Of a DNA stretch of 64,000 bases, positions 63,395-64,000 are shown piece after piece (the stretch's first letter is position 1; every line of letters starts with the position of its first letter). The stretch is from Betaproteobacteria bacterium (GTDB lineage: Bacteria > Pseudomonadota > Gammaproteobacteria > Burkholderiales > SG8-41), in NCBI GenBank assembly GCA_028292435.1, contig JAQGMI010000152.1, positions 5,441 to 69,440 on the forward strand. The letters run 5' to 3'. The notes beneath the pieces are model-generated. The model was not told the DNA's origin and did no database searches. It worked only from the letters and a program-made list of their open reading frames with translations. The position numbers were made by a program, and so were the translations under genes.

Positions 63395-63933
63395 GTGACG
63401 TCAGCGCCAGAAGCGATGCGATGCCGTAGCGAAACACTGCGCCGCAACGCTGGAGGACTCGTTATGCAACGTCGAGAGCGCCGCGCTTCTCTATCTTGCG
63501 CATCGTAGTCAGCCGTTCTGGCGCCGTGAGCTCGCCGATCGGACGCCCTCCCAAGTCAGGGAACACGTTCGTTTCGAGTGATTCGATCACACTCGCCGCG
63601 TGGTGAGGTCTCCATTAATGTTTTTGCTTCTCGTGCCACTGTCTAGACGACCTCCAACGTGTTGGCCGCTGCCGTTTGCGGAAGGTGACGGGGTCGGTGC
63701 CTTGCTTGAGCAGGCGCTTCGCATCGTCGCGATCGGCGCGCGCATCGGCAAGCCGTGACTTGAGGGTAGACACCGAACGCGAGCGACTTCTCTTTGCCAG
63801 CGTGGCGATATTTCAATCGCCAATACTTCGCACCATCAGATTTGACCAAAAGATAGAGCCCGCCAGCGTCGCCTATTTTGTATTGCTTTGCGCGCCCCTG
63901 GGCCTTGCGAATCGCCGTGTCAGTCAGTGGCAC
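63395..63933 (-). pseudogene. P4-type (DUF4102) tyrosine integrase remnant, N-terminal ~180 codons with frameshifts and in-frame stops
   Basis: MPLTDTAIRKAQGRAKQYKIGDAGGLYLLVKSDGAKYWRLKYRHAGKEKSLAFGVYPQV, then a shift to LADARADRDDAKRLLKQGTDP. Later WRPHHAASVIESLETNVFPDLGGRPIGELTAPERLTTMRKIEKRGALDVA-stop-RVLQRCGAVFRYGIAS. In-frame stops lie near 63616 and 63462. No catalytic domain is present. Confidence 0.75.
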
Positions 63934-63951
63934 AGATACCCCTAGTTATTT

Positions 63952-63976
63952 TTTTGATACCCTCTACATACCCACC
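63952..63976. repeat. candidate island-end direct repeat (right copy)
   Basis: TTTTGATACCCTCTACATACCCACC, 19 nt upstream of the integrase remnant start. An extra GATACCCC copy lies at 63935-63942. Confidence 0.3.
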
Positions 63977-64000
63977 CACACCCCCGGATGCAACAGCACT

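Larger units (their letters stand above)
27858..63976. mobile_element. degenerate integrase-associated genomic island carrying the eCIS locus
   Basis: Gene remnant at the left edge and a decayed P4-type integrase at the right edge. Both junctions are AT-richer and non-coding. A candidate imperfect direct repeat, TTTTGATACCC..ATACC, lies at 28164 and 63952. Confidence 0.45.

Noticed and set aside
63934-64000. Looked for a tRNA or tmRNA 3' end as the integration target next to the integrase remnant
   Set aside because: No tRNA-like stems or a T-loop (GTTCGAATC-type) are visible in the remaining 67 nt. The target may lie beyond the window, so no call was made.

Overview
High-GC chromosome segment. 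A Burkholderiales-like host is only an inference, based on seven Bug/TctC periplasmic receptors. All calls are by-eye motif recognition on the supplied ORF translations; no searches were run. The window has two parts. (1) nt 1-27820 is an ordinary accessory catabolic neighbourhood: carbon-nitrogen hydrolase, hydantoinase A/B pair, ketopantoate-reductase-like gene, two AMP-forming acyl-CoA synthetases, two acyl-CoA dehydrogenases, a lactonase, an APH-type kinase module resembling the levulinate/4-hydroxyacid (lva) pathway, an NDP-forming CoA-ligase pair, hydrolase, flavin reductase, an SDR and a DegP-like protein. The last two appear to lack canonical catalytic residues. (2) nt ~27858-63976 is a degenerate genomic island. 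Its left edge is an eroded class-V aminotransferase fragment and its right edge a multiply disrupted P4-type integrase, with a candidate imperfect direct repeat at both edges. The island carries a complete, tightly coupled, single-strand (minus) operon of 22 genes and ~33 kb for an extracellular contractile injection system (eCIS; Afp/PVC-like phage-tail-like particle). Its parts are a DUF4255 cap, two sheath genes (one giant, with a 5x repeat insertion), two tube genes, a LysM tube initiator, a gpD-like plus gpV-like split spike, gp25, baseplate J, a gpI-like baseplate protein, three paralogous fibre-like proteins (two very Cys-rich), a tape-measure-like protein, an Afp15-like AAA+ ATPase and two giant DUF4157 cargo/effector proteins. 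No PAAR, lysis or immunity gene is visible. The operon is preceded by a near-consensus sigma-54 (-24/-12) promoter and an exact-consensus IHF site. It faces a divergently encoded sigma-54 enhancer-binding protein with no sensory domain (PspF/HrpS-type). This sigma-54-wired eCIS, with its unusual fibres, sheath decoration and cargo, is the main candidate for a novel system.
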